From NCBI GenBank assembly GCA_965214705.1, contig OZ243972.1, positions 2,880,001 to 2,944,000 of the forward strand: a stretch of 64,000 bases of DNA, read 5' to 3'. The notes below the pieces were generated by a model. The model saw only the letters and a program-made list of their open reading frames with translations, was not told the origin of the DNA and searched no databases. Position numbers and translations under genes: made by a program. Positions 28,833 to 40,844 of this stretch are shown piece by piece (the first letter of the stretch is position 1; the number at the start of each line of letters is the position of its first letter). The DNA comes from Alphaproteobacteria bacterium. Its GTDB lineage: Bacteria; Pseudomonadota; Alphaproteobacteria; UBA828.

Positions 28833-29135
28833 ATGGTGATTCTTCGGCTTGTCGGGGTCGTGCTCTGCCTGATGTTCCTCGCGGTGCTCGGCCATGAGAT
28901 CTACGGTGCGGCAACGGGCAGCGGCTATCGCCTGATTTCGGGCGGCGAGTTGTGGTTCCGCTTCGACGGGAACAGCCTTGTCGGTTTCCAGGCCCTGATC
29001 GAGAAGAACATCGCCCCCTGGCTCTGGTCGGACATCGTGCTGCCGGTGCTGCGCGGGCCGGCCTGGGCGATTCCCCTGGTGCCGGCGGCGCTGATGCTCG
29101 TGTTCGCGAGACCCCGGCGCCGTCAATACGCCTGA
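28833..29135 (+). CDS. Small membrane protein, unknown function
   Basis: Strong RBS AAGGAGG; two hydrophobic segments; GELWF...SL..FQALIEK pattern. Confidence 0.8.
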   Translation: MVILRLVGVVLCLMFLAVLGHEIYGAATGSGYRLISGGELWFRFDGNSLVGFQALIEKNIAPWLWSDIVLPVLRGPAWAIPLVPAALMLVFARPRRRQYA

Positions 29136-29147
29136 TCCAGCAGCGGC

Positions 29148-30950
29148 CTATGACTCGCCCATCTTGAGCGCGGCGAGAAAGGCTTCCTGAGGGATCTCGA
29201 CGTTGCCGATCTGGCGCATGCGTCTCTTGCCCTTTTTCTGCTTCTCCAGAAGCTTGCGCTTGCGCGTCACATCGCCGCCGTAGCACTTCGCCAGTACGTC
29301 CTTGCGCAAGGGGCTCACGGTCTCGCGCGCGATGATCTTGCCGCCGATGGCGGCCTGGATCGCGATCTTGAAGAGCTGGCGCGGAATCAGCTCCTTGAGG
29401 CGGACGCAGAGCGCCCGGCCGCGCCGCTCGGCCTGGCTCCGGTGGGCGATGAGCGCGAGCGCGTCCACGGGCTCGCCATTGATCATGATGGCGAGCTTGA
29501 CCAGGTCGCTCTCCAGGTAGTCCTCGAGCCGGTAGTCGAAGCTCGCATAGCCGCGCGAGACCGACTTGAGACGGTCGTAGAAATCGAAGACGACCTCGTT
29601 GAGCGGTAGCCGGTAGATCACCATCGCCCGGTTGCCCGCGTAGGTGAGGTCGAGCTGCTCGCCGCGCTTCTCCTCGCAGAGCGCGAGCACGCCGCCGAGA
29701 TGCTCGTCGGGCACCAGGATCGTGGCGTGAATCCAGGGCTCGTCGATCCGCCTGATCCGCGTGGGGTCGGGCATGTCCGCCGGGTTGTGGAGCGAAAGTT
29801 CCTGCCCGTCGGTGAGCGTCACGTGGTAGACCACGCTTGGCGCCGTCGCCACGAGGTCGAGGCCGAACTCGCGCTCCAGCCGCTCCTGCACGATCTCCAG
29901 GTGGAGGAGGCCGAGAAAGCCGCAGCGAAAGCCGAAACCCAGAGCCGGCGAGCTCTCGGCGTCGTAATGAAAACTCGAATCGTTGAGGCGGAGCTTGGCG
30001 AGGCTCTCGCGCAGCCGCTCGTAGTCGTTCGAGTCGACCGGGAAGAGTCCGCAGAAGACTACGGGCACGCTGGGGCGAAAGCCCGGCAGCGCGTCCGCCG
30101 CAGGCCGTCTCACCGCCGTGATCGTGTCGCCTACCTCGCAGTCGGCCACGTCCTTGATGGCGGCTGTGATGAAGCCGATCTCGCCGGGCCCGAGGCTGTC
30201 CACCAGCGTCTTCTTCGGCGTGAAGACGCCGACCCGCTCTACCTCGTGCTCGGCGCCCGAGGCCATCATCCTGATCTTCGTGCGCGGCGTGAGGCGGCCG
30301 TGCACCACGCGCACGAGGATCACCACGCCGAGATAGGGGTCGTACCAGCTATCGACAAGCAGGGCCGTGAGCGGCGCGTCGCCGTCGCCTGCGGGCGGTG
30401 GCAGGCGGGCGATAAGCGCGTCGAGCACGGTCTCGATGCCCTGGCCGGTCTTGGCCGAGACCTCCAGCGCGCCCGACGCGTCGATGCCGATGACATCCTC
30501 GATCTGCTGCTTCACGCGTTCCGATTCGGCCGAGGCGAGATCCATTTTGTTGAGCACGGGAACGATTTCGTGGTCGTGGTCCACCGCCTGGTAGGCGTTG
30601 GCGAGAGTTTGCGCCTCCACGCCCTGGGTGGCGTCGACCACCAGCAGCGAGCCTTCGCAAGCCGCGAGCGAGCGGCTCACCTCGTAGGAGAAATCCACGT
30701 GGCCGGGGGTGTCCACGAGATTGACCATATGCTCGGCGCCGTCGGCGCTGCGATAGGCGAGGCGCACGGTCTGCGCCTTGATCGTGATGCCGCGCTCGCG
30801 CTCAAGCTCCATCGAGTCGAGCACCTGGCTGGTCATCTCGCGCTTCTGCAGGCCGCCGCAGCGCTCGATGAGCCGGTCGGCAAGGGTCGACTTGCCGTGG
30901 TCGATATGGGCGATGATCGCGACGTTGCGGATGCGCGCGAGATCGGTCAT
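29148..30950 (-). CDS. lepA: Elongation factor 4
   Basis: [41 protein letters not shown]. Confidence 0.98.
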   Translation of the reverse strand: MTDLARIRNVAIIAHIDHGKSTLADRLIERCGGLQKREMTSQVLDSMELERERGITIKAQTVRLAYRSADGAEHMVNLVDTPGHVDFSYEVSRSLAACEGSLLVVDATQGVEAQTLANAYQAVDHDHEIVPVLNKMDLASAESERVKQQIEDVIGIDASGALEVSAKTGQGIETVLDALIARLPPPAGDGDAPLTALLVDSWYDPYLGVVILVRVVHGRLTPRTKIRMMASGAEHEVERVGVFTPKKTLVDSLGPGEIGFITAAIKDVADCEVGDTITAVRRPAADALPGFRPSVPVVFCGLFPVDSNDYERLRESLAKLRLNDSSFHYDAESSPALGFGFRCGFLGLLHLEIVQERLEREFGLDLVATAPSVVYHVTLTDGQELSLHNPADMPDPTRIRRIDEPWIHATILVPDEHLGGVLALCEEKRGEQLDLTYAGNRAMVIYRLPLNEVVFDFYDRLKSVSRGYASFDYRLEDYLESDLVKLAIMINGEPVDALALIAHRSQAERRGRALCVRLKELIPRQLFKIAIQAAIGGKIIARETVSPLRKDVLAKCYGGDVTRKRKLLEKQKKGKRRMRQIGNVEIPQEAFLAALKMGES

Positions 30951-30987
30951 GGCCGCGTCTCCACGCGTCGGCCGGCGCTCGGGCGGG

Positions 30988-33396
30988 TCAGCCGCGCAGC
31001 ACGCCGCCGGTCATCTTCGCCACGTTGGCGACGATCTTCGCGGCCGCCGCGTCGATTTCCGGGTCAGTCAACGTGCGGTCCTGCGCCTCGAGACGAACGG
31101 TGATCGCGAGGGATTTCTTGTCCGCCTCGATACCGGGGCCGGCGTAAACGTCGAACACCGTGACCGCCTTGATCAGCGCCTTCTCGGCATTGCGGGCCGC
31201 GCGCTCGACCTCAGATGCGGGCACACCGCCGTCGAGGATGAACGCGAAGTCGCGCTCGGCCGCCGGATAGTCGGAGGCCGCGAGCGGCGGCTTGGCGCGC
31301 GTCGCCTTGGCCTTGGGCCGGGGCAGGGCGTCGATCATCACCTCGAAGCCCACCATCGGCCCTTCAGCCGCAAGCTCCGCAAGGACGCCGGGATGCAACT
31401 CGCCGAAGGTGCCCAATACGTTGCGGCCGAGCCCGAGCGTGCCGACCCGGCCGGGGTGGTACCACGCCGGGCCTTCCGTCCTGGTCTGGAGGCCGCCGAG
31501 TGAGACGCCGGCCGCACTGAGCGCGGCGAGCGCGTCGGCCTTGGCGTCGAAGGGGTCAACCGGCCGCTCCGGCGCGTGCCAGTTGCGCGGCACCGCCGCT
31601 GCGGCCCGTACACCGGCGACCGCCGTCCGCTGCTCGTCCGGTGCCGTGCCGGCGTAGACCGGCCCGGCCTCGAACAGCGCCGCGTCTGCGAGACCGCGGT
31701 CGGCGTTGCGCCGGCAGGCCTCGATCAGATTGGGCAGGATCGAAGGGCGCATGGCATCGAGTTCGGCGTTGATCGGGTTCGCCAGCACCAGCGCGTCGGG
31801 CGCATCGCCGAAAAGCGCGGCGTGCTGCCGTGGCATGAACGACCAGGTCACCGCCTCGAACATGCCGCGCGCCGTGAGCGAGCGGCGCACGGCACCGAGC
31901 CGGCGGCGCGTGGGCGAGAGCGCCGGACGCGCCCGCTCAACTGCCGTCGGGCTGAGGGAGACCGCGGGGATCTGGTCGAAGCCCGCGATCCGCAGCACTT
32001 CCTCGACAAGGTCTGCCTCGCCGAGGATGTCCCCCCGCCAGGGCGGCGGCGCGACCGAGACCAGGTCATCGTCCCGTTCTTCACAGGCAAAACCCAGAGC
32101 CGAGAGGATGCCGAGCGACTCCGAGGGCTCGCAATCCACGCCGCCAAGCGCCTTGACCCTGGAGGGGCGGAAGGCGATCTCGCGCTGCCACGCGGGCTCC
32201 GCGCCGGCGACCACGACCTCGCTCGCCTCGCCGCCGCAGAGCTCCATCACGAGCCGCGTCATCAGCTCCATGCCCGGCCCAGCGAAGGCCGGATCGACCC
32301 CGCGCTCGAATCGGTAGCGGGCGTCGCTCTCCAGGTTGAAGGTGCGCCCGGTCGCGGCGGTGCGGACGGGGTCGAAGAGCGCGATTTCGATGAAGACATC
32401 CGTCGTCTCCATCGTGCATCCCGTGGGCTCGCCGCCCATGACTCCGGCGAGACTGATCACGCCGCTCTCGTCGCCGATCCCGGTCATCGTGTCGTCGAGC
32501 GTGTATTCCTTGCCGTTGAGCGCGGCGAACGTCGCGCCGCCCTGACCCAACCTCAGCCAGATGTCGCCCTTCACCTTGCCGGCATCGAAGACGTGCACCG
32601 GGCGGTTGCGGTCGATGGTCAGGAAGTTGGTGAGGTCGACCAGCGCCGAGATCGGGCGCAGGCCGACCGAGGCGAGCCTCTCCTTGAGCCAGCGCGGGCT
32701 CTCGCAGTTGCGCACGCCTCGGATGTAACGGCCGAGGAAGAGAGGGCAGGGGCTCGGCCCGTCGCCGGGGAAGTCGAGGATCACGTCGATGGGGCTCGTG
32801 AACGTGCCGGCGACGGGCTCGATGTCGGTGCTCTTGAGACGGCCGAGCCCGGCTGCCGCGAGGTCGCGGGCGATGCCGTGGACGCCGAGGCAATCGGCAC
32901 GGTTGGGCGTGATCGCGATGTCGAACAACGGGTCGTCCAGGCCCATCACTTCAGCGAAGGGCGCGCCCACCGGGGCTTCGGGGTCGAGCTCGATGATCCC
33001 CTCGTGCTCGTCGCTCAGACCCATCTCGCGCTCGGAGCAGAGCATGCCGCAGCTCTCGACGCCCCTGATCTTCGCCTTCTTGAGGACGACGCCGGTGCCG
33101 GGGATGGTGGTGCCGGGCGGGGCGAAGACGCCCTTCATTCCCGTCCGCGCATTGGGCGCGCCGCAGACCACTTCCACCTGTTCCGTGCCGGTATCGACCG
33201 TGCAAAGCCTCAGCTTGTCGGCGTTGGGATGCTGCCGCGCCTCGACCACGTAGGCGACGGTGAAGGGCGCAAGCTCGTCGCCGGGCCGGCGCACCCCCTC
33301 CACCTCGAGCCCGACGGCGGTGAGCTTGGCCGCGATGTCGTCCAGCGACGCATCGGTCTCCAGATGCGTCTTCAGCCAGGAGAGGGTGAACTTCAC
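30988..33396 (-). CDS. pheT: Phenylalanyl-tRNA synthetase beta subunit
   Basis: MKFTLSWL, HPNADKL, CGAPNA, TPNRADC, RFERGVD, ERDFAF. Confidence 0.98.
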   Translation of the reverse strand: MKFTLSWLKTHLETDASLDDIAAKLTAVGLEVEGVRRPGDELAPFTVAYVVEARQHPNADKLRLCTVDTGTEQVEVVCGAPNARTGMKGVFAPPGTTIPGTGVVLKKAKIRGVESCGMLCSEREMGLSDEHEGIIELDPEAPVGAPFAEVMGLDDPLFDIAITPNRADCLGVHGIARDLAAAGLGRLKSTDIEPVAGTFTSPIDVILDFPGDGPSPCPLFLGRYIRGVRNCESPRWLKERLASVGLRPISALVDLTNFLTIDRNRPVHVFDAGKVKGDIWLRLGQGGATFAALNGKEYTLDDTMTGIGDESGVISLAGVMGGEPTGCTMETTDVFIEIALFDPVRTAATGRTFNLESDARYRFERGVDPAFAGPGMELMTRLVMELCGGEASEVVVAGAEPAWQREIAFRPSRVKALGGVDCEPSESLGILSALGFACEERDDDLVSVAPPPWRGDILGEADLVEEVLRIAGFDQIPAVSLSPTAVERARPALSPTRRRLGAVRRSLTARGMFEAVTWSFMPRQHAALFGDAPDALVLANPINAELDAMRPSILPNLIEACRRNADRGLADAALFEAGPVYAGTAPDEQRTAVAGVRAAAAVPRNWHAPERPVDPFDAKADALAALSAAGVSLGGLQTRTEGPAWYHPGRVGTLGLGRNVLGTFGELHPGVLAELAAEGPMVGFEVMIDALPRPKAKATRAKPPLAASDYPAAERDFAFILDGGVPASEVERAARNAEKALIKAVTVFDVYAGPGIEADKKSLAITVRLEAQDRTLTDPEIDAAAAKIVANVAKMTGGVLRG

Positions 33397-34469
33397 GCGC
33401 TCAGCCCCGCGGCCAGGCTCGGCACGTCGAACGGCGCGAAGCCGTAGTGGCGCAGCCAGCGCAGGTCGGCGTCGAAGAAGCTGCGCAGGTCCGGAATGCC
33501 GTACTTCAGCATGGCCGGGCGCTCAACCCCGATGCCGAAGGCGAAGCCCTGGTAGCGCGCGGGGTCGAGCCCCACGATCTCCAGCACCCTCGGGTGCACC
33601 ATGCCGCAGCCCAGAATCTCCATCCAGTCGGCGCCGTGGCCGATGCGCAAGCCGCCGCCTTCCCGCGAACAGCCGATATCCATCTCGGCGGACGGTTCGG
33701 TGAAGGGGAAGTAGCTCGGCCGGAAGCGCACCGGCAGGTCTTCGACCTCGAAGAACGCCCGCGCCAGATCGATCAGGCAACCTTTGAGATGGCCCATGTG
33801 GGTGCTCTCGTCGATCACCAGCCCCTCGATCTGATGGAACATGGGCGTGTGGGTCATGTCGTAGTCGCAGCGGTAGGTGCGGCCCGGCGCGATGATGCGG
33901 TGCGGCGGCGGCTCGGCCTGCATGTGGCGGATCTGCACCGGCGAGGTGTGGGTCCTGAGCAGCATGCGCTCGCCCGCCTGGTCAGCGCCGAAATAGAAGG
34001 TGTCGTGCATCTGGCGCGCCGGGTGCTCGGGCGGAATGTTGAGCGCCGTGAAATTGTGGAAGTCGTCCTCGATGTCCGGCCCTTCGACGACGCGGAAGCC
34101 CATGTCGGCGAGGATCGCGATCAGCTCATCCAGCACCTGGCTGATGGGATGAACCGTGCCCTCCGCCTCGGGACGGGCAGGTAGAGTGACATCCACACGC
34201 TCCGTCGCGAGGCGTTGATCCAGGACCGAGCGTTCCAACGCCGCGCGGCGCGCGTCCACGGCGTCGGCGAGCTTGCGCTTGATCTGGTTGAGCCTGACTC
34301 CCGCTTCCTTGCGGGCGTCGATATCGAGCCCGCCCAGGCCCTTCATCGCTTGTGAGAGAGGCGACTTCTTGCCGAGCGCGGCAACGCGCGCCTGCTCCAG
34401 TGCGGGCAGGTCGCCGGCCGCCTCGATCCCGGCCAGCATCCGCTCTTCCAGGGCGTGAAGGTCTTCCAA
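33393..34469 (-). CDS. pheS: Phenylalanyl-tRNA synthetase alpha subunit
   Basis: HPARQMHDTF, LRTHTSPVQ, FRPSYFPFTEPS, GCGMVHP; TTG start inferred at 34469 after GGAG. Confidence 0.97.
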   Translation of the reverse strand: MEDLHALEERMLAGIEAAGDLPALEQARVAALGKKSPLSQAMKGLGGLDIDARKEAGVRLNQIKRKLADAVDARRAALERSVLDQRLATERVDVTLPARPEAEGTVHPISQVLDELIAILADMGFRVVEGPDIEDDFHNFTALNIPPEHPARQMHDTFYFGADQAGERMLLRTHTSPVQIRHMQAEPPPHRIIAPGRTYRCDYDMTHTPMFHQIEGLVIDESTHMGHLKGCLIDLARAFFEVEDLPVRFRPSYFPFTEPSAEMDIGCSREGGGLRIGHGADWMEILGCGMVHPRVLEIVGLDPARYQGFAFGIGVERPAMLKYGIPDLRSFFDADLRWLRHYGFAPFDVPSLAAGLSA

Positions 34470-34512
34470 GGACCCTACTCCGACGGCCGTGCCTCGCTGG
34501 CCCGGCGGCCGA

Positions 34513-34878
34513 TCAGCCGGTCGCGCCGTGCGCGCTCCGCGCCTGCTCCACGACGGCCGCGAACGCCGCCGGCTCACGGACGGCGAGGTCCGCCAGCACC
34601 TTGCGGTCGATATCCACCTTGGCGAGCGCGAGCCCGTGCATGAGCTGAGAATAGGTGAGCCCGTGCTCGCGGGCGGCGGCGTTGATCCGCTGGATCCAAA
34701 GCGCGCGGAAGCGGCGCTTGCGGGTGCGGCGATCGCGATAGGCGTATTGCAGCGCCTTCTCGACCCGCCCGAGGGCCACCCGGTAGCTGGAATGGCCGCG
34801 CCCGCGATAGCCGCGGGCCAGCTTCAGCACCTTCTTGTGCCGGGCGTGGTTGGTCACGCCCCGCTTTACCCGTGCCAT
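34513..34878 (-). CDS. rplT: 50S ribosomal protein L20
   Basis: [33 protein letters not shown]. Confidence 0.98.
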   Translation of the reverse strand: MARVKRGVTNHARHKKVLKLARGYRGRGHSSYRVALGRVEKALQYAYRDRRTRKRRFRALWIQRINAAAREHGLTYSQLMHGLALAKVDIDRKVLADLAVREPAAFAAVVEQARSAHGATG

Positions 34879-34899
34879 GGGGATGTTCCTCCGACGCGC

Positions 34900-35097
34900 T
34901 CAGAGATAGGGCAGGAACTGCCGCACGATCGCCGCATCCGGCGCGGAAAGCACCTGGGCGCCGCGCTGGTTGCGCTTCACCTTCTTCTCGCGCTTGGTCA
35001 GATTGTGGCGGTGGTAGGCGGCACGCCGACGCAGCTTGCCGCGCCCCGTGGCGGAGAACCGCTTCTTCGCGCTGCTCTTGGTCTTGAGCTTGGACAT
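34900..35097 (-). CDS. rpmI: 50S ribosomal protein L35
   Basis: [14 protein letters not shown]...LPY; lies between infC and rplT. Confidence 0.97.
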   Translation of the reverse strand: MSKLKTKSSAKKRFSATGRGKLRRRAAYHRHNLTKREKKVKRNQRGAQVLSAPDAAIVRQFLPYL

Positions 35098-35278
35098 AAG
35101 CGTCTCGCGATCGTCGTCGTTTCTCGAAAGGGTGGGGCACGCCGGGCGCGCGCCCTTGTACTCGCAGTGCTGGCCGGATTCAAGGGTAGATGCGCTGGCG
35201 CGGCGTTCGCGCCAGGTCGTCGCAAAATGGAGGCCGTCGCTGTGCTCGGCTACAAGGCGCCGGTGCGGCGCCCGGCGG

Positions 35279-35815
35279 CTACTTGCAGGTCATCACCATG
35301 GTCATCTGGCGGCCCTCCATCTTCGGCATCTGCTCGACCTTCGCCAAATCCTCGAGATCGTCGCGCACGCGCATCAGCACGTTCATGCCGATGTTCTGGT
35401 GCACCATCTCGCGGCCCCTGAAGCGCATGGTCACCTTGACCTTGTCGCCTTCGTCAAGGAACCGGCGAATGTTGCGCAGCTTCACGTCGTAGTCAGCCGC
35501 ATCGATGCCAGGCCGGAATTTGACCTCTTTGATATCGATCGTTTTTTGCTTCTTGCGGGCTTCGCTGGCCTTCTTCTGGGCCTCGTACTTGTACTTGCCG
35601 AAGTCGAGAAGCTTGCACACCGGCGGCTCCGCGTCCGGTGCGACCTCGACCAGGTCGAGCCCCGTCTCGTCCGCGAGCTCTAGAGCCCGCTCCACGGCGA
35701 CGACGCCGACCTGTCCTCCGTTTTGATCGATGAGGCGGACACTTGCCGCCTGAATGTCATCATTGACGCGCGGTCCTTCACGCGTCGGTGGTGCCGCGAC
35801 CGGATGTCTCGCTAT
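35279..35815 (-). CDS. infC: Translation initiation factor IF-3 (non-AUG start)
   Basis: GPRVND...LDLVEV, PPVCK, KEVKFRP, FRGRE; in-frame ATA at 35815 behind a purine-rich RBS. Confidence 0.95.
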   Translation of the reverse strand: MARHPVAAPPTREGPRVNDDIQAASVRLIDQNGGQVGVVAVERALELADETGLDLVEVAPDAEPPVCKLLDFGKYKYEAQKKASEARKKQKTIDIKEVKFRPGIDAADYDVKLRNIRRFLDEGDKVKVTMRFRGREMVHQNIGMNVLMRVRDDLEDLAKVEQMPKMEGRQMTMVMTCK

Positions 35816-35880
35816 CCCCCGTCTCCCTTCATCGTGGCGCTAGACGGGCCGACGGCATCGTCATGGATAGTGTCGCTTCG

Positions 35881-37821
35881 TCAACCCGTTCCCTCCTGGG
35901 CGGCTCGCCGGCTGAGCGGACTGGCCGCTTGGTGGCAAAGTGTAGTGACGGCCTCGTCCAGCGCAAGAATTTCTTGATCCCTGGAGCCCAGGCGGCGCAG
36001 GGAGACTGTGCCCTGCTCGGCCTCCCGCGCGCCGACGGCGAGGATCAGCGGGATCTTGGCCGCGCTGTGCTCGCGCACCTTGTAGCCGATCTTCTCGTTG
36101 CGCAGGTCGGCGTCGACGCGCAGCCCGGCGCCCTGCAGGCGCGCCGCCACTGTCTTCGCGTAGGCAGCGTGTTGATCGGTGATGCTCGCTACCACGGCAT
36201 GCGTGGGCGAGAGCCAGAGCGGCAGGTGGCCGCTGTAATGCTCCAGCAGGATGCCGATGAAGCGCTCCAGCGAGCCGAACAGCGCCCGGTGCAGCATCAC
36301 CGGCCGGTGCCGCGCGCCGTCCTCGCCGATGTAACCTGCGTCGAGGCGCTCGGGCAAGTTCAGGTCGACCTGAAGCGTGCCGCACTGCCACTCGCGCCCG
36401 ATGGCATCGCGCAGCACGAACTCGAGCTTCGGCCCATAGAACGCGCCCTCGCCGGGATTGTGGCTGTAGTCGATCCCCATGCTCTCCAGCGCACCCTGGA
36501 GCGCAGCTTCCAGCTGGTCCCATACCTCGTCGGAGCCGATCCGCTTGGGCGGCCGGTCGGCGAACTTGATCTCCACGTCGTCGAAGCCGAAGTCGCGGTA
36601 AATGTCGAGGCAGAGCTCGGTCACGCCCCGGCATTCCTCCTCGGTCTGTTCCGGCGTGCAGAAGATGTGAGCGTCGTCCTGGCTGAAGGCGCGCACCCTG
36701 AGCAGGCCGTGCAGCGCGCCCGACGGCTCGTAGCGGTGGACCTTGCCGAACTCCGAGATCCTGAGCGGCAGGTCGCGGTAGCTCTTGATGCCGCGCTTGT
36801 AGACCTGCACGTGCCCCGGGCAGTTCATCGGCTTGATCGCGTAGTGCCGGCCGTCCTCGGTCTGCGAGACGAACATGTGCTCGCGGAAGGTCTGCCAGTG
36901 GCCGGAGGCCTCCCACAGCACGCTGTCCATCATGTCGGGCGTGCTGACCTCGTGATAACCGGCGGCATCTTGCCGCGCGCGCATGTAGTCGACGAGGGAG
37001 CGGAAGAGCGTCCAGCCCTTGGGGTGCCAGAACGCCGCGCCCGGCGCTTCCTCCTGAAAGTGGAAGAGCCCCATCTCGCGGCCAAGCCGCCGGTGGTCGC
37101 GCTTCTCGGCCTCCTCGAGCCGATGCAGGTAGGCCTTGAGCTGCTTGTCGTCCGGCCAGGCGGTACCGTAGATGCGCTGGAGCATCTCGTTCCGCGCATC
37201 GCCCCGCCAGTAAGCGCCCGCGACCTTGAGCAGCTTGAAGGCGCCGACCCTGCCGGTGGACGGCAGGTGCGGCCCGCGGCAGAGATCGACAAAGTCTCCC
37301 TGCCGGTAAAGGGTGATGGCCTCGTCCTCCGGAATCGCCGCGATCAGCTCCGCCTTGTAGAGCTCGCCCATGTCCTGGAACATCTCGACCGCGTCGTCGC
37401 GCGACCAGACCTCGCGCTTCACCGTCTCGTTCCGGCTCTTGATCTCGGCCATGCGCGCCTCGATCAGCTCCAGATCGGCCGGAGTGAAGGGTTCGTTGCG
37501 GGCGAAGTCGTAATAGAACCCGTCCTCGATGGCGGGGCCGATGGTCACCTGGACGTCGGGGTAAAGCTCTTTGACCGCCTCCGCCAGGAGGTGCGCGGCA
37601 TCATGGCGGATGACCTCGAGCGCGTCCTCATCGCGTGCGGTGACCACGCGCACCGCCGCGTCGTCTTCGATGGGCCGGGAGAGGTCACGCAGCTCGCCGT
37701 CGACCTCGACCAGAAGTGCCGCCTTGGCGAGTCCGGGTCCGATCGACGCCGCGAGGTCGGCGCCTGTCACAGGGGCGTCGAACGAGCGCGCCGCGCCGTC
37801 CGGCAACGAGAGTGTCGGCAT
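35881..37821 (-). CDS. thrS: Threonyl-tRNA synthetase
   Basis: [43 protein letters not shown]. Confidence 0.98.
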   Translation of the reverse strand: MPTLSLPDGAARSFDAPVTGADLAASIGPGLAKAALLVEVDGELRDLSRPIEDDAAVRVVTARDEDALEVIRHDAAHLLAEAVKELYPDVQVTIGPAIEDGFYYDFARNEPFTPADLELIEARMAEIKSRNETVKREVWSRDDAVEMFQDMGELYKAELIAAIPEDEAITLYRQGDFVDLCRGPHLPSTGRVGAFKLLKVAGAYWRGDARNEMLQRIYGTAWPDDKQLKAYLHRLEEAEKRDHRRLGREMGLFHFQEEAPGAAFWHPKGWTLFRSLVDYMRARQDAAGYHEVSTPDMMDSVLWEASGHWQTFREHMFVSQTEDGRHYAIKPMNCPGHVQVYKRGIKSYRDLPLRISEFGKVHRYEPSGALHGLLRVRAFSQDDAHIFCTPEQTEEECRGVTELCLDIYRDFGFDDVEIKFADRPPKRIGSDEVWDQLEAALQGALESMGIDYSHNPGEGAFYGPKLEFVLRDAIGREWQCGTLQVDLNLPERLDAGYIGEDGARHRPVMLHRALFGSLERFIGILLEHYSGHLPLWLSPTHAVVASITDQHAAYAKTVAARLQGAGLRVDADLRNEKIGYKVREHSAAKIPLILAVGAREAEQGTVSLRRLGSRDQEILALDEAVTTLCHQAASPLSRRAAQEGTG

Positions 37822-37864
37822 GGCGGCGTCGTCGAATCCCTGCTTGCTCGGTGAAAGTCGCGGC

Positions 37865-37892
37865 ACTCTATCCAGGGCGCTTCGCCTGTCAA
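37865..37892 (-). promoter_or_regulatory. Putative sigma70 promoter of thrS
   Basis: TTGACA-N16-TAGAGT, 43 bp upstream of the start codon. Confidence 0.65.
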
Positions 37893-37910
37893 GCAGAGCG
37901 GCATGTCCGC

Positions 37911-40113
37911 CAGGGCAAATTTGTCCAAGCGGCTGGTAGGCAGTTGAGTTCTGGCCACGGGTTGTGCGGATCGGCTTTGTTGCGGGGTTTGCGGCGGGGT
38001 CTGGCCGAGCATCCGGTTCGGTCAGAGGGTTCTGGCATTACCGTGTGGGCGGTGCGGGCGGTGCCGTCGCGATTTGGCGGTGCCCCGACATGATGGATCG
38101 CGCCACCGGCGTGGTCGGGAGCGAGGGCAGGTACGATCTTTGCGCCCGGCTTGCCGGGCGCCGGGGTTCAGGCCGGCGCGGCGCGCTTTGCGGTCCTCGG
38201 CTGGGTGTTCCCGGTCATTTTCAGGAAGTCGAGGACGGCGCGGACGTTGCGGGCGAGCCTGCGCACGGTCGAGGCGACCTCGAGCCCCCGGCCCTTGATC
38301 AGGCCGATGGCGAAGCGCCGCAGGCGGGTCATGTTCTCGGGGCCGAAGCCTGTGCGTATGCGGCTGCGGTCCTCGTCCCAGGTCCAGTCGAGGCAGTGGT
38401 GCGAGCTGTTCTCGATGCACCAGTGGCCGCGGTTGAGGGCGAGCAGGCTCTGCGCGTTGGCCGTGCCGGGCGTGTGGCTGGAGATCCCGTAGGCGGTCTC
38501 GGTGCCGGTCTCGCCGGTCTTCTTGTCCTGGCGGGAGCGCTCGATCATGAAGACCTGGCCGACGCCCGGGAAGTCGAGAAAGCCGTTCAACTCCGTGCTC
38601 GTCCAGATTGCCCGCTGCTCGATGCGTCCGTGCGACAGCGCGGCCTCCTCCTCGAAGTCGGGCTCACGCTCCGGCGCCTCTTCGAAGAGCAGCGTCACAT
38701 CGTCCCGCATGGTCTTCTGGTTCCCTTTCACGATGAACATGAAGTGCGCGCCCCGGTCGAGCAGGTAGCGGGCGAACTTGCGCTGGGTTAGCAGCGCGTC
38801 CGTCGTGACCGTCTTGCCCGCGATGTTCGGGATCAGGTCCACCAGCGCCGTCACGGTGCCGATCTCGTTGGTGCGCTTTGTCTCCTCGTCGGCCCCGACT
38901 TTCAGGAGAAGTTTTTTTGGGCGAGCGTGGCCTTGGTCTCGTGCCCGACCGCGCTCATGACATGAGCCTGGGTCCCGTCCTCGTCGATGGCCCCCCTCAG
39001 GGTCTTGCCGTCGATGGCAAGCGCCGCGTCGCCTGAGCCGTGGGCCTCCTGCCACTTGCGCAACGCCTCGTCCAACTGGTCCGGGTCCACCCGGATCACC
39101 ACATTGCGGATGGTCGACATCGAAGGCGGCCGGCGCACCCCGTCGCGCAGCCGCACGCCGAAGCGGGCCAGCGCCTTCTCGCCGAGATCGTCGACCCACT
39201 CGGACATGGCCTTCCAGCCTCGCATGCCGCAGAGCGTCGCGCCACTCGCAAGCGCGAGCACGCTGGGCAGCGAATGCCGCCGTCCCTTGCGCGTGCGGGG
39301 GTCGTCGATGTCCTTGAAGTAGGCGTAGAGCGACTCTTGCTGAGCGGCGCTGATCATGGTTCTCGGAACTCCTTTCTTCCACAACTCCCGATCCAGCCCG
39401 GCAGCGGACAGCCGGCGGCAGGCGTCGGGAACCAGGGGGCGCAGCAGCACAAGCTTCGGCGTCGAGCCGGCGACATAGCCCGAGCGGTGGCGCCGGAAGC
39501 CGCGGGTCTGGCCGACCGCCAGCCATCCAGCCGCCCGGTAGACCGTGCCCCGGAACCTCGCCGCGTCCACGAATGTTTCCAGCATCAGCACGGGGTGGCC
39601 GAAGCGGGCCGGCCAGTCGCGCGCCAAGCGCCGCGCGCAAAGCCCCAGCACCCGCGAGCCGAGGTTCGGAACACCCCGTCCCGGCAGGATCAGGAAGCGC
39701 GCGTTGTTCGCGATCAGATGCAGCCGCCCGTGCTGCGTGCGGAAGTCCCAGCCGATCCACTCGTCCCGCGCCCGGCACTTGCGCGCCGCAGCCGAAAACA
39801 CGGCCAGCGCCAGCCACTCGCCGCGCCGATGGGCGACGTACCACGCCGTCGCCCCCACCTTCGCAGACGCACCCAGGTAGTGATGCCCCTCCATCAGCGC
39901 GCGGAACCGGGCCTCGTCCTCCGGCCGGACAGCAGCGACATCGACCTCGGAAAGATCCACCGTAGAAACCGTCCCCCTGCTCGAAGCCGATCCGCAGCAG
40001 AACACCGCGAATCCAGTCGCCTCAATCCATAGCAGGGTTGGCGCGCGCTGACCAGACCCAAGGTCAACTCGTAGCGCAGAACTCAAAAATCAGGCTTGGA
40101 CAAATTCGCCCTG
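37911..40113 (-). mobile_element. ISAs1-family insertion sequence
   Basis: 20-bp terminal IRs CAGGGC(A/G)AATTTGTCCAAGC (19/20); 10-bp target duplication GCATGTCCGC at 37901-37910 and 40114-40123. Confidence 0.95.
38168..39960 (-). CDS. ISAs1 transposase with N-terminal DUF4338/DruA-like domain, read through a probable -1 frameshift
   Basis: Frame 1: HHYLG, RDEWIGW, NNARFLILP, ETFVD, YRAAGW, then DPR and AIDGKTLRG. Slippery AAAAAAAC at 38911-38918. Frame 2: TNEI, TTDAL, VKGNQ, HGRIE, RGHWCIEN, WDED. Confidence 0.85.
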
Positions 40114-40190
40114 GCATGTCCGCAGCAGTTGGCTGACTCGGATCAGGCAGATATGAGACGGCGCTCAAGCGAGAGGGATGGGAACGCACG

Positions 40191-40290
40191 ATGTCAGACA
40201 ACTACAGAGCACTCGTCGTCGACAAGCAGGACGACGGCGTCGGCGCCGAGATCAGGACGCTCACCGAGGCCGCGTCGTGGTCGACGTCAA
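40191..40290 (+). pseudogene. N-terminal remnant of an AcuI/YhdH-like oxidoreductase
   Basis: RBS, then MSDNYRALVVDKQDDGVGAEIRTLTEA and a shifted VVVDV; the rest is missing before greA. Confidence 0.55.
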
Positions 40291-40299
40291 CAAGTAGGG

Positions 40300-40770
40300 T
40301 CAACCGTAAAGGACGGCGGTGATCTCGTAAGTGTGGCGGCCGCCGGGGGTTTCAAGCTCAACGGAATCCCCGGTCGAGCGGCCGACCAGCGCCCGCGCCA
40401 ACGGTGAGGTTATGGAGAGCCGGCCCTCGCTTGCGTCGGCCTCGTCGGCGCCGACAAGCTGGTACGTGCTCTCAGCCTCGGTGTCCTCATCGACAATGGA
40501 GACCGTCGCGCCGAACTGCACGCGGTCGCCGGAAAGCGTGCTGGTGTCGATCACCTCGGCGCCGCCGAGCTTCGATTCCAGCTCCAGGATGCGGGCTTCG
40601 GTGAGGCCCTGGCGGTCTTTCGCGGCATGATATTCGGCGTTTTCCGACAGATCGCCGTGCTCGCGGGCCGCAGCGATCTCGCGCACGATACGGGGACGCT
40701 CGGCCTTCAGCCGGCTAAGCTCCTCCTTGAGGCGCTTGTGCCCCTCGGGCGTCATCAAATGTCTGTCCAT
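40300..40770 (-). CDS. greA: Transcription elongation factor GreA
   Basis: MTPEG, AREHGDLSENAEYHAAK, SPLARAL. Confidence 0.98.
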   Translation of the reverse strand: MDRHLMTPEGHKRLKEELSRLKAERPRIVREIAAAREHGDLSENAEYHAAKDRQGLTEARILELESKLGGAEVIDTSTLSGDRVQFGATVSIVDEDTEAESTYQLVGADEADASEGRLSITSPLARALVGRSTGDSVELETPGGRHTYEITAVLYG

Positions 40771-40844
40771 CGTCGGACTGCCGCGCACCCGCGTTCGGGG
40801 CCGCGTCCCCTCCCGAGCCTTTCGATGATCTCCCGCTGCCGGCG

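Noticed and set aside
38920-39844. N-terminal part of the 558-aa ORF 38168-39844
   Set aside because: Arg/Ala-rich alternative frame; only the part downstream of the A7 site has transposase motifs.
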